This document shows, one piece after another, positions 35,801 through 50,800 of a stretch of 64,000 nucleotides of DNA (the first letter of the stretch is position 1; each line of letters starts with the position of its first letter). The DNA comes from Lytechinus pictus (Eukaryota). Under the pieces are notes generated by a model. That model saw only the letters and a list, made by a program, of their open reading frames with translations, ran no database searches and was not told the origin of the DNA. The stretch spans positions 19,222,001 through 19,286,000 of the forward strand of contig NC_087245.1 of NCBI RefSeq assembly GCF_037042905.1. The letters run 5' to 3'. The position numbers and the translations under genes are program-made.

Positions 35801-38800
35801 ACAGGCTTGTTCAAGATGAGACGTTCTGTCCACCATGGTGTCTGACTGTCGCTGCGGTTGGTCAGACATTCCAACCAAACAACGAGACCTTCCTGCCACG
35901 CTACACACTGGACACCAAGAAACTGGTTAGTTTAAAGGAGCTTAATTGATCAGTGTTTTGTTTTTACCAGTCAATGCTGGTAGGATTAGTGATAAGGTAC
36001 TCTGACATGCAATATGTATTTGTAAGTAAAGTTGGAAGTTACGTTTCTAGTTCATTGAATATTCCATGTTACATGATTAGCTTAGAGTATTATGTACTTC
36101 ATTCTGTATAAAGTAATTGATTGCTTGTTTCCTTTTGAATTTCTTATAACATCTAAATCCAAATGAAGTAAGCCAGTCTAGATTCATTAAGTGTTGTGTT
36201 ATGATTTTCTTGTCTAGTTCACAAAAGAAAGAATTGACCAATGTTTCCATTTTTTTTCTCCAATTGCTGCTTTTTTTATCAGGTTTTCCCTGCTGTTGAT
36301 ATTGGAGATTCCATCTACAAGACCATGTTGCTTAGCAACGCAGGGACAACACCCATCCATTTCACCATTCCAGATGACCCATCAGGGTGAGTATTGCTCT
36401 GTTGAAACTCTTAGAGTCACTTCTGTGCCTTTTGGCAAAGACCATGTGTAGAACTAGCATGCAAAGTAGAGTATCAATATTTCTGCTGGTTTATAATGAT
36501 CATTAACTTCGTCTGATATATAATGAAGTCATTCCAACTGGAAGTTCCAATTGGATCCAGTTGGAAACCAATTAGTTTCAACTGGTTCCAGTTGAAACCA
36601 GTTGCCTCCAATTGGTTTCAACTGGAACCGATTGAAACCAGTTGCCTCCAATTGGATTCAACTGGTTTTAATAGGGAAATTGGAACAACTGGAACCAATT
36701 GAAACCAGTTGCCAACTGGTTGCTTAATTGGTTTCAACTGGAACCAATTGCCAACTGGTTCCAGTTGCCCAATTGGTGTTAACTGGAACCAGTTGGCAAC
36801 TGGTTTCAATTGGTTCCAGTTGTTCCAATTTCCCTATTGAAACCAGTTTGCCAACTGGTTTCAATTGGTTTTGCTCTAATTGGTTTCAACTGGATTTTGG
36901 TCCTGGGATGTCATATTTAATATGTGTTCTTGCTTGTTGGACTCTGTAGATAATTGCATATATTGGGTAACCAGAAGCATATTCTTTTTTTTTTAATCGT
37001 ATGTGATATGATGTTTCCTTTTTTTACTCTGTAGAAACTTTCAGAATTTGGATCTCTTCTGATTACAAAACAAGAATCAATGCTATTGTTTTTATTGATG
37101 TAGAAATCAAATCGTAGTTACTTTGTAACTATGATTTGATGTCCAGTCTAGTGTTGTACAAGGTCTTGTATAATTTGTCAAGTAAAAATAAATGAATCTG
37201 AGATTTAATGAGCATTTGTAGTCGATACCTGGGTCCCGTAACACAAAGATTAGCGATTAATTGAACGCTTGATTTTACGATTGATTGTACATTGTAGTCA
37301 ATGGAACAATGGTAGAAATTTTTTCTACGATTATTGCTAAGTTTTGTGTTACGGGCTCCTGGTATGAGTGGGATACAATATTGAACTTCTATTAGAGAGG
37401 TAGTGATCTTCATTTATCTTCTTGTTAGTAGCCGTAGTACAGTACTTGGACCAACATAGAAAATTGATCTTTACTCATGTCTCCTTCCAGAACATTCAAA
37501 GTCAAGCCATCGTCCGGCTTGCTCAGGGACAAGCACCAGCTCTTTGTCTTCAAGGTCATACCAAAGGTCAAGGACAAGACCCTAAGACATCAATTCCGCT
37601 GCAGGCTCAATAATTCAGACAAGCACATCCAGGAAATTGACTGTCTTGGTTCATCAGAACAACCAAGGGTATTGCTTGATACTGAGGTATGTATTTGTAG
37701 TCACAAGGTCACCTTGATGAGTGCGATTGACTTCAATGGACATATTTTGCTATAGGCCTTTGTAACACAAAATTTAGCAATTGATTTTGGAAATGTTTTT
37801 GTCTTGCCTGCCTAGCAGAGCAAGACTACAGATGCCACTTTTCCAATGAGATTCAGTTGTTAAGATGTCATAACTATATATAGACCCATTTCATGAAACT
37901 TGGGCAGAAGGGTAATCAAGTGTCACTGGTAATTTTGCAGGAGTTTCAGGTCACATGATCTAGGACGAAGGGTCAATGAACTTTAGTATTTTAATATGGT
38001 AATGAATCTAAATTTATTCACCAAACCTTGTCTGACCTAGTAACAGCATAAACCATGCATTCATCTTTGTCTCAAAGGTATGCATGACATGTGAAACTAT
38101 CTAGATAACAAAGTAACAGGTGATTCATTGTCTGAACTAGCAGCAATAATTGATCATGCATTCATTGAGGTCTAGAGTCCCATTATAATTATATAAATTC
38201 CTGAAGGTGATGTACATATTTGATTATTCTGCATTTTTGCATATTTTGAGTAGACAGACCCCTATGAATGGAAGAATACTAACCATTGAAATTCTGAGAA
38301 CCAGGGGGTAGCTTGCCAACATTTTAGCCATTGTAGGCTTAACATTTGTATACACCTTTGTGAACTGGTCATTGTGAATTCAATTTATTCAAGTAATATT
38401 AAGTGTGTAATGAATTCCTAATTTGTATGATAAAAGATTCTCATCTCCTCTCTGGCTATTGGATGAAACCACTAAAGTATATTGTTGAACATCATGTTTA
38501 TGCATGAGATTTGGGAAGTTAAACCATGGCGTGGTGGTTTCTTCACTAACTGTCAAAAAGTTTGCCTAACATTTGCTGAGGTATTTAAGACAGGCCCTGC
38601 TTGCAAATCAGATGGAGGCAGTGAGCAAGCAAGGCCAGTATGAAGAGACACATAACAATATGTGACTAGTCATGTGATGATGATGTCACTACGTGGTGAT
38701 GTCACCACATCTACATAACAATAAACATGCACAACACACCACTCTACAACATATCATAACCCCAGCTAACCTTTATGCTGGCCTTGTTTATTATCTATTT

Positions 38801-41800
38801 ATGTCAGCCTTTTTTTCGGCTGGCATGAATAGGTGATTGTATGCTAGTGGGCTGCGTTTTCAACTCGTAAGCAATTTATGCTAATTAGATTTGACTCAAA
38901 GATTCAACTGTATACAGTGCATACACTTCAGTGTACTGTGCTGTGCATACATTTCAGTGTACAGCTTGAGAGAGGTAGGTTGTATTCGCTTTTTGTCTTG
39001 CATTTTGATCAGGGTTTCATTTCTACATGTTGAAATATTAAGAACAAAATAATTTTGTGATTTTTGTCTCACCTTCAAAGCAGAGGTGCTGGTGCTAGCG
39101 CTCTCGTCAACATTGAAACCTGAACATGCTGCTATATTTCATTTCAGGCCTTATACTGAAATAAGTCACCTCTCTTCTCCTGTGTGTCAGTGTGTGTGCG
39201 TTCGTTGTGTACAAAGTCAATGGGAGATGAAAGAAGTCACCGCCGCTGACGAAATAAACGGCAGTGAATGGAGTGGTGACTTAAACCAGGATATATTCCT
39301 CATTTCATAATGCAGGCGAGACTGCCAGATGTGTTCCGCTACTTTTAATGGCTGATTGCTTTGACTACAATGTAGAATCAATTTTCAACCATTGTGAAGA
39401 AAATGTAAATGTTGTCTATTTTGAGCTCTTGTTTTGATGATTTTCTAATTTTTCTTCGTAATTTTACAACACACTTCTTTGGGGAAAATTTATTTCTTCC
39501 CTACTTTTCAGCAAAATCATCCCTATTTTTCCACAAGAAAGGTTGGATGATCTGTGTTGACACACACATATCTCAAAGCATGCTTTCTAAGGTTTAGAAT
39601 TATCTAAAACAATTTATTTAGAAAATTGGTTCAGTCTCTAGCCCCCCCCCCCCCTCCTCCAGAAAAAGACCCAACAATATACTACCATTATTCCAGAGTC
39701 AATACCCATAACTTGGTCCATGCTGTTTGAGTAGAATTTCTGTTACTTGTTTTGTTCATTTATAGGGTGTTTTGTACTTCAAGAGTACGTGCATTGGTAC
39801 ATCATCACGGAGGAGTTATAAGGTCAAGAATACTTCTCGGATTGCTCTCAAGTATCAATGGAAGGTACCCCACGCCCAGAAGGATCGCCTCTCCGTGTAT
39901 CCAATCACCGGTATCATACTGCCCAATGAAACACAGGTATGATTGCAGTCCTTTTTATGTCAAAAAAAGATCATGAGTCTTTATATTCCATCTTTAAGTT
40001 GTTTAGGAAGAATGTATTTAAACATGTCATCCCCAAAGTTAAGTTCTTCAAATGCTATTATTATGACCCCCCCCAAAAAAAAAAAAACATTTGAAATGTG
40101 ATCATTGTTGTGTCATAGTTCATTGCATGTGATTATCAAAAAGATTAAGCATATTTCTCTTTTTTTCTCTGTTTTCTTTGCAATTCAAAAGCCCCACACC
40201 TGACAATAAATTTGATATCGCTTTGAAAAAGTTCTTCTACAATTCAATCTCATGCCCATATCTTACCTTTGTCTTGAACACCATCATATAATTATTTGCT
40301 TTTAGTTTGGTCCTATATTTTCTTGAACAAATCTATTTTCCCTATACTCATATGACAAGTTTGTACCAGCCTTTAAAAAAAAGATCATATGGAAATCTAT
40401 TTCTATTTACATTTTTATAATACACAGTTCTTGTATAGCGCATATCACATTTTATGAATAATGTTTCTATGCGCTCCCAAAGGACTTGGATATTATTACC
40501 CCAGCTGTAGCTTGGCAGCCGTAATTACTAAGATTACAGCGCACACGCATTTCAAGGAATAAATTCCTGCCAGGTACCCATTCACCTCACCTGGGTTGAG
40601 TGCAGCACAATGTGGATAAATTTCTTGCCAAAGGAAATTACGCCATGGCTGGGATTCAAACCCACGACCCTCTGTTTCAAAGTCCGAAGACTAATCCACT
40701 GGGCCACATCGCTCCACACGTATGATGTTTGAAATAATATTAGTCAGTTATAAATAGGTGTTAAAGAGAGAATTATGTAATGTATGAAAGTCAGATATTC
40801 ATTGATGAAGCAGTTTATCATCCATTTTATCCCTTCAGTCCCATGTATGGACTTTCACGCCCAGTGAGGAAATCAAGTACGTGATCAAGCCATCTATGTA
40901 TGTTGAAGACATCAATCACATTGGGTAAGTGAAGGAGATGAATCATGACAATATTCATATTTATCCACACTTTGCATTCTTTTCACTTATTAAGAAATCA
41001 TAGGGGAAGTTGTTCCGCAGTTTCTTAATGCTTGATTGAATTGAAGAGGAAGACTACTTCATTTTGAACTCTTGAAGTTGTACAATACCAAAGTGATAAT
41101 TTCACACAAGCATCTGTCCCTAAATACTATATTTTCATACAATAATGTTTGATTTGTCATGAATCTAGGGATCTGGCAAGACAGAAAACTAAAAAAAAAA
41201 TAGTATATCATATTATCCTGTGTCATCCTGTATTACTTTGTATTTTTCTGGATTTTTATACCTTTATTGTTTCCATGTATACAGGGATCTGACAAGACGG
41301 AAAGCATTCTTGCTTAGAGTTCTTGGAGAAGGATCTATTGGCAGAATCAAGGTAAGATACGAGTTAGAAGTTTGGCTTGATAATTTATTTTATTTTGTTG
41401 ATTGTGAGCAAAAAAAGGGAAATCAATATGATATGAATTTCGAAAGTGTCGAACAATTGAATGAAAGAGTATTGCTGATATATTATTCAATAGGTTTACA
41501 TGTTTGGGGTTGGGGTTTCCCCATGTAAGAACATTGGAAATCATTATGAAGTAGATAATCTACCCGCTAGACAATTAGATATACATGTGTATGTAAACAC
41601 CAATGGTTATTTCTTACCCGGGGGGGGGGGGGGGGGGGGGCTCAATGTTTGCCTGATGAAACATGAGTTATGCACTGGCATAGCAATGCACCTTGTTATT
41701 GCATAACCCATTCTTTGAAACCTTCTCTCCCCAGGTATGAATGCCATAAGTTACAGGTCTCTGGAGTCAGATACTATTAAAGAAATTCCACATTGTCAGT

Positions 41801-44800
41801 TTCATTCTCTTCATAACATTCCATTATGACAAGGAAATTGCATACTTTCTCATTATTGCATTCAGTGTGAAGATCCAGTGGTGGACCTGTCAGATGTGGT
41901 AGTCAACACAGCTGTTACCAGAGACATTGTCCTTCATAACAAAAGCAACTGCAGCCTCCACTATGAGCTTAGTGTGGAACAAACTATGCAGGGTAGCTAT
42001 GCAGAAGAGGCACAGCAAACAGATGATCTTGGTATGTATCACAAAGCACCTCAAGTTTATTTGTTGAAAGAAGTTGTATGTCATTTCAATGTTCTGAATG
42101 ATTCTCTCATATACTTTGACATGTAAATATTTTGTATGTACTTTGCGAATGTCAACATTTAATTTCAGTTTGCATGTACTCTGTAAATTCCAACTGTCAA
42201 TTTCTCCCTGAAGCACTCACACTCGACAGAACAAGGGACATCCTTCCTGCGCGATCAAGGCGTGTCATCAGGGCAACCATCCGCCCCGAGAGACGCCTTG
42301 GCTACACCTTCTTCGTCGGTTACCGTCTCCTCACGCCATCCATCCCAAACCTGGAAAGAACACAGAAGAAGGATGAAGAAAATGAGGGGAAGGAAGATGA
42401 GAAGAAGGATGGAGAGAAGAAGGAAGAAGAGGCAAAGAGTGTTTCTGAGAGCGAGGAGGGTCCGTTGGTTCCTGTCAGTGACACAGTGCATCAGCTTTGT
42501 GAGATGACAGCAGTAGGTGTGTACCCCACCCTCCAGATCACTGATGCCCGCTGCTATGGCAGTGCTGCTGGGATAAGCAAGGCAAGACTCTGGAGTCTTT
42601 TGTCGCTAGACAAGTAAGTGATTTTATCAGGAATGTTCACCAGTTATATGTTTGCAGAATTGTGAAATGCTTTTATTATTTTGTGACTATTCAACTTATG
42701 AAGCCTTATCAGATAAAATTGAAATTGATTCTTGAATAATGTGCTTAACAATATAGATTGTAATGCCCAAGTAAACTTTGTATTCTAAACTTATGATTTC
42801 TTATGCAGTAATTGAAAAACTTGTAATAGGAACCAAAAGTTAACTTGGAGCTCTTATTTTTCACTGTTCAAACATATTTTGCATAGATATTACAATATGA
42901 GACCTGAGAAACGACACCTTGTATTTTCATTCTATTCAGTTATCAGAAGGAGAATTTTCCAAATCTATAATTGTTATCCAATCACTATTAAGTTCTAATT
43001 CTGGTTTGAATAAAACTTGTACATAATATTTTTACATAAATGAGTAGTTTAGTCATAGGCATTAAGAAAAAAAAAAACTAACAATGCACTCCATTTTCTA
43101 TTTATCAGCTTGAACTCTTGTCTGGACTCGGATCCCTCTCCTGTAGAGCTCATCTTCTCTCGTGTTACAAAGCACAACATGCGTCGTAAGGCAGTGGTGT
43201 TAACACAAGCACTGCTTGATTTCAACTTCAGTGCTTCACCGGTAGGAGCTGAGCCTTGCATTGTTCATCTCATGTTGGAAAACACAGGCACAGTCAATGC
43301 AGACTGGTAAGTTGCATGCAAAAATACATTGAGGACAAATGTCATTTTGCATTGAAAAAGTTCAAAATAGGCCATTTAAATTGTTTTAGGGTGCCATACA
43401 AAATATAGGAACAAAAGTAGAAAAATAGACGCCATTCAGAAAATATAATTTTCCCTTATCATTCTTGTTTCATTGTATATTTTGAAAGTATTTTTTGTGT
43501 AGCATTAATGAGAAATTAAATTGTCAGTTGATTTCTTTAAATGCCATTTTATTTTCATTTCCAATGGGTATGTTGACATGAATCCATATTACTTGCAATA
43601 ATTATAAATAATTATTAGATGAATAGAATCATCTAAAAGGAATCCTGTATTTATACATCAAATGAACAGAAAATTAAGTTATTATTATGTATGTATGTAT
43701 ATATATATATTTTTTTTTTTTTTGGGGGGGGAGAGGAAAGGTAAGAGAAAAGAAAGTTAAAGTATGGTGGAGAATTGGACTCCAGCATGGTTAGTCCATT
43801 CTAATGTCAATGCTCATATTGTTTCACTACTTTGAGAATTTGGAAAACAATGTCGGGTATTGCTTAATTCACCTTCGATGGCACCATAAATGTATCCCCT
43901 TCATGAATGAAGTTTCATTTTTTAATTGTTTCTTTCTATTTTAGGGCTTACCTGTTTCCAACTGATCTCCAACTGGAGATGGAATACTGGGCAGAGACTG
44001 GAGAATTTGATCATGATGAACTTCATGAGGTATGCTACCATTTCAATGAAAATGAAAAGTTTTAGTAATGAAATAGAAAAAATAGGCAACGTCATCGGAT
44101 CACTCATTACATGTAAACAAATTTTTATTTGAAAGTGTGCAAAAACTGCATACTTAATGACTGTTATCATTCCATTTGGATTATTTTTTTAACATTTAAT
44201 ATACATTTAATATATTGACTTTTCTGTATTTGTGTATGTTTTGCTTCAAGATGAGGATCATGGATAACAAGTTGTTTACTGTAGAGCCAAGCAGCGGATC
44301 CTTGATGCCTGGTCAATGCCAGACCGTCACCCTGACCTACTGCCATGAGTTTGCAGGAACAGACAGACTTCCTGTCCTATTCAAGATCATGAGAGGCAGA
44401 GAAGTTTTGGTAAGTTGATTTTAAACAAAATTATCTAAACTGATATTTCCAATTGATTACCCCGTACATCTTTGAAGGGGACTACTGCATGGAAAAAATA
44501 ATCTTGCATGGAGGCGATACATAAGCATAGGCATTAATTTTGTCTAAAACCTCTGCCCCATTAGTTAGCAGTAGTTAGTAGAAGTCATAGAAGGAATGAT
44601 GGTAAATGTGATAGTAAAAGAACAATAGATGTATAAGTAGTAGTGGAAATATTCTGAATGATATTTGAAAGTGAAAAAACAGATTGTAATAATAATGCTC
44701 AATTCTTGTATAGCGCATCACACATAGCATAGCATGTCCCTATGCGCTTAAAGAAGAAATAGTGTAAGGTAAGAATAAAGTAATCAAGATATTTATATTG

Positions 44801-47800
44801 GACCATTAGTTCAAAGTTGGTATTTTATGCATTGAATAGATATGTTTTAAGGGATCTCCTGAACCTGCATAAATCACTCTGATATCTCATTGAATTAGGT
44901 AAAGCATTCCAGAGGACAGCAGAGGCATGAGTAAAAGCACGCTCACCATATGACTTTGTAAAGACAGAGGGAACAATGAATAATGCTTTTGAGCTTGATC
45001 TAAGATTTCGGGATGGCTGGTAATAGGATACTAAATCGAGTAAATAGGATGGGGCAATTTTATAAAAACAGTTGTGTGCAAAAACTAGAAGCTTGAATAC
45101 AATGCGGGAACGGAATTGTGCCATTTCAAAGAGACATTAGCGCCATATAACAACACACTATTAATGTTGTTATCCTCACAAGATATCACTTTTACACTGA
45201 TAAGAAACCTTCAGATATACAAGTCCCTCATCAGAGCTGCCAACCATTACGTTTTTGTCGTAATCATTACGTTTTTTCATTCAAATTACGGCATTATGGT
45301 TTTTCTTTTCAAATTACGTTTTTTGACAATTTTGATAATGTGTGTACATAATTGTATGTATGTGGAGTGCGTGTTGAGCCCGAGATGAGCCTGGTACTTG
45401 CGCGTGCGTAGTCGCCCACCGGCCGGTTTTCCAACGCACTTTAATAATTTGATAGCGTGCACGTACATATACGTTAGTTGAATATGTGAGCGGCATGCAT
45501 GGTACGAATTGCGATGTATAGCGACTGGTAAATACGTCTGTAAGGATGATGACGTCATCCAAGATGGCAACTTACGATGACAAACGAAAGGATCGAGGAT
45601 GATTATGTTTTGATCATCATTTGAAAGGAAATAACAGTAACTGCGGTCTATGGTACGATATTTCTGAATTTTATATTTTTTATCTTAAATTTGCATGTAA
45701 TGTCTTTCCTATAAAGTGATGTTTTATGTACAAAAAAACGATCCGAAAATCAGATTTCCGCCGAATGTTAGATCTAACGTTACTGCTAATACGTTGTCTT
45801 TACGCACGGGCCAACACTCTTCAGGTGAGTGGAGCCAACGTTTGTTCTTGCAGCGCAGAGCGAGGAGTACGATGGTAATTCCTCAAATGTAGTAAGAGAA
45901 GAGTCTATTTGTAATGGAGGGGGATTTGGAGGTTTGAGGGAAATTATTATTCCATTTGCAAAATTTTACAGAAATACTCATCATATATATTAAAGATTGA
46001 ATCATCAAAAGATATTTTTCATATACTTTAAAATTAATTGTAGTGATAAAGAAATGAAATTTTGTGGCTATTTTCTTGAATTGATTAATATCAATTCCCT
46101 TCGGATAACGGTACTGTCTGGTTAATTTTCATCAACTCGTATCAAACAAATACGATGAATTCGGCTTTGAAAAGACCTGGAAAGCTCTTCATTGTCCCCT
46201 GAAGTAATAATTCTGGGTGATATTCAACCTTTATTGATAGTTTCACATGATTTATACTAGAGAGATGTCCTACTGCCTTTGGAATTCATTAAAAAAGCCG
46301 GCACTTTAGCATTCAGTTTAGCAGGAATGGGAAGATTTCTTCCCCGGTTCTGGCGGCCTAGATGTCTGCTCTATAGTGCTGTCACTGCTGGGGATGATTG
46401 AGTGTGCGTGCAGTGTGATTGAGGCTGAGCTGTGCACATCGTGAAGTGATTTACGATGGGACTTTTGTGGAATGATTTCAACTTCTTATCTATACATGTA
46501 GATCTATTTGAATTTTAGATTAGATTGATTTTGAATAATTTTTCTATATTTGTGGAATGTTTACATGTACACTTCCATTTTATGACACTTTAATTTTAAA
46601 GGGTACTGTTTGGCAAAAACAATGTTACTTGGGAAGAGAAGTCTGAATTGATGTCAACTTTTTTTTTTATTTCTCTTAGTCTACAATTTGGTAGTTTTGT
46701 CAGGAAACTCAACATAAAACAATGAATTATTTTAGAAGTGGAAAGGAAGCCCCAGAAAAATGGAGCCCTAAAATGTCACCAGAACTGATTTTGGTGCCCC
46801 TTAAAGAATTTTTTCTAGACAGATAAGTGCCGGAGTAGGTTGCACTACAAAATGAAAGGCCTACTTGTCATTTTTAGAAAAATTTGCCTAGGTGCCCATT
46901 TGACTATAAAAGTGGCCTTCATGCCCTTTAGAATGGCCTTGATACCCCTTGAAATTTTGGGGCATCCAAGGCCACTTTGCCGGTTGCCCCAAGCTGAAAG
47001 TGCCCATTTAAAAATGGCCTTGCCCCTCTCAATTCTTAATTCAAGCCCTGCTACTGACTTAATTGAAGTTGGTAGATTATATCAAACGGCCCAAGACTAA
47101 GGGTCCAATTTGTAACACTCCGTTACTTAGCCCAGACTAGGCCTAGATAGAGATTAACTTTTTTGAAATTGTTCACTGCATACATACTTTTTGCATTGGA
47201 TGTTTGTCGCATGTGGTTTTAAGGTTCGTTTTAACACATTCCTTTTTTTTGTTGGAAATTCCTTTTTTTGGCCATAATGATTCCTTTTTTTGCTTGCACA
47301 AGGTTGGCAGCTCTGCCTCATGCTGGTTATGAAAGCTATATCAAACAAAGTTTGTCCTTAAAATGTGTTTGTGTTCATATCATGGCAAAGAATGAATTAT
47401 TTGTTTCATTAGTCTGAGTCAAATCCTTTTTAACCTCTCTTCTTGTAGCTTAACTTCACGGGTGTGACAGTGAGCCAGGACAGGCGCTACGTCCACTTCC
47501 CCAGCAACAAGCACATGTTCTCCCCCGTGCCTATAGGGGGCGTCATCAACCCTAAGCAGGTCTATGAGCTGTATAATGGAGGTGGTATGGAAGTCATGTA
47601 TCAGTTGGACCTCACTGCTCTGGAGCAAATCCAAGAGGTAAGGATGTGTCTGGGGTTGAGTGGTCTGGTGTGTTTGACATGAGAAGAGTATGTTGAGGGT
47701 TCAGTCTCCGATGTGGCGGTTTTGTCCTTCAGCAAGGCACCTCCTTTTGTACTAGAGGCATCATTAGAACCAACATAATTACAGATATATATTTTTTTTT

Positions 47801-50800
47801 AATTATCAATTTAAAAAAGGAATAAAAAATAATAGAGAGGTAGAAATTTGCTCTTTTTAAAAATTAATTTGAGAGACCTTTGTAGGATTCCTCCATTTCT
47901 TTGAATGATTTTCAGTTATGTAAATTGCTCCTATTCATGATTTACCTTCTTTTTTCCCCCTGTGCCATTCATGATATCTTGCTCCTGGAAGCCATGTCTC
48001 TGTCCTGCAACCAACTTAATATTGAATGTCCATTTATTTTTCTTGTCTCACAGGAAAACTTCAATCACAGGATCTTTGATTGCCTAAATCCAAAGGGTGT
48101 AATCCCAGCTGGTAGAACAGCCAAAGTGGAATGGATCTTCTCCCCACTGGAAGCTAAGACATATATGGTGAGTCAGAGCATGAGTGTGTGTGTGTTTATG
48201 TGTTTTTTTTTTCTTCTCTTCTTCAGATATGTATCAATTAGATATTATTTCGTATACATAGTAACTGATCATTAATGTCGCTGTCCACAAGACTTAGGTC
48301 TGCTAAGGTCCTGAAACATTTCACAACATTTTCTGATAGCAGGATTATAGGCACACATCATTATTTTTAACTTGGTTCCAAGACTGTTTAAATCATCAGC
48401 CATTTATCAATTTTTTGAGAAATAACCACTTGGAAAATCTTGAAAAATTGTTAGAGAGAATTTCTTAGCCTACATAGTAAGGATTGTTATATTTACAGTT
48501 GTGTTTAATTTTTTTTGTACAATGGAAACTGCTATATTGGATCTGTTCGCATGAAGAATAATAACTATAATAATGAGTTTTGATAGAATTTGTAATAAAC
48601 AGACTATAAATAATCTTCTTCACATGCAGAGGATATAGAGTATACCCTACTGAAATCTTTGAATATGAATCCTAATCTATGAAATTGGATCAAATCAGAA
48701 TTCATCACTAATGAAATGAACTTTAATGCCCCATTTTCTAGGTTGACGTCCCTATCCACATCATCGGCGGTGACACCGCCCTGATCACCTTCACTGGTGT
48801 AGGCTATGACAAGCGCAACCTGGGCACCACCATGCCCATGACCGATGGCACAGAACTCACCGGCGTTCCCTCCGTCCAGAGCATCCCTCTCAAGGAACAG
48901 CTCCTGTATGCCAGCGAGGAGAGAGTGGCCTTTGAGAATCTTCCACTGTTCAGCGAGCAGCGCAAGGTTGTGTACCTGACCAACCGATCACCAAGCCATA
49001 CCGTGTCCTTTGAGTGGTACGTCACATCTGAAGATGATTCACAGGTGAGATTGTTATGCTAGTCATACTTCATAATAATAATACTCAATATTTATAACAT
49101 GCTTTTCCCACATGGCCCAAAGGCTCACAATTTCAGTTAACTTATTCATACAAACAAAAATCAGAATGATATGTTAAATGAAGCCAGTTGCCTAAAACAA
49201 ACAAGTTTTAAGGGACTTCTTAAATTACTCAATTGTTAAGAATACAGAAATGATTGTAATCAACCTGATTTCCTACCAATTAGAATGATGCATTGGGGTC
49301 TTGCGTCTGAATTTTCTTTTGTAACTTTCAAGTACAACTCTTTTTGCTCATGTGACAAAGTCTGTGTACATAGGGTGATACATTATATCAATCTAAATCC
49401 ACTTATTTTCAACCTTAAATATCTTTTGTTCCCCCTAAACTTATGTCTTCAGGGACAGCAGCAATTATCATAAAAGCAAATATTTGGTCAAAGTGCTGTT
49501 ATACAACTTACTTTTATTTAACATTTTATGAATTTGTTCTTTAGTCATATAATTGTTTGATGGTTGTTCATATGTCCATGTCTTAGAACAATATCACAAA
49601 ATAATTTTATATGTCAGAGATTAACACATAAATGACCTTTTCCTATGTAATAAGTCTACATCATTATAGTTTATTGTAATTCGGGGAGACAGTTGTGATC
49701 ATTTGTTTTCTTCATATTCCTGAGGCTTCTTACGCTCAGTACAGTCTTTGCTGAGTAGCTTTGCCACATAATGTGAAAACCCATCACTTACTGAAAGTGG
49801 TTAATGCTGGGGTTTTCATGCCCTTTGAAAATAACACTTCTTTTTAATGATATATGAAAACGATAGATGGCTATTTCCCGCTAACATGATATTCCAATAT
49901 GCGTAAGTTAACAAATTTAAAGCCAGTGCCTTATGTTTGAAATTGTCTTAGCAATTTTATGGCGTTCAACCCGATGAAATTACATTAAAATGTGTGCTTT
50001 ATTGTAAATTAAAATCTTTTGCTCTTCTCAAGGTGTTGGACATCCAGCCACCCCAAGGAACCCTTCATCCAGGAGAAGGATGTATGTGTAAGGTAGTCTT
50101 CACAGCTATAGGAGAACCTTCATTCTATGACCTGGATGTCATCTGTGAGGTCAGTAAAATCATAACGTTTTAATCGGCTTTGGAATAGATTTTTGTTATT
50201 GACAATGATTTTTTGCTTGTAGGCCTACGTTGCAAATATATGTATTGAGTTTTCAACTTAAACAGATAATCATCAGTATATCTCGGGGAAAGTTTTGGAG
50301 TCAGCCAGTGAAACAGATTTTAAGATATACTTATTCAATCTAAAACACACTCTCATGGCAAGTTTTGCGCAAATTTATGGAATGTCTGAACTAGAGCTTC
50401 ATTATATGGATATTTCTTTATCATTGACATTAAGTGGAAATGTTCAGGAGAGTGAAAACACATGGGTGCCAGAACACTTTATCTTATGGTTAAGTCATCT
50501 TTCAATTTAGTACACTATTTATGTAGTTGGATGTAGAGGGGATTTTACTTTTAACCTATCTAGTCATTAGAATGAATTATACTCTCTTAAATTTGATATA
50601 TTGTACAAGGCCTTGTTCTCAAGAGATAGTCTTCATGTGATGTGCATAGGTTGAGTTCATTTGATGCAATCCAATTCAAAATACATGTGCACGGTTCTTT
50701 TTATGTGGTGCTGTAGAGGTGAAAGTTTATGACTTTAATCATCATCACCGTTATCATTTGAATCATTTGCCAGGGTCAGCATGTTACGTTCTCTTTTCAC

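Noticed and set aside
40640..40717. tRNA gene
   Set aside because: The tRNA-like head lacks a closing acceptor stem and continues into a SINE body and tail.
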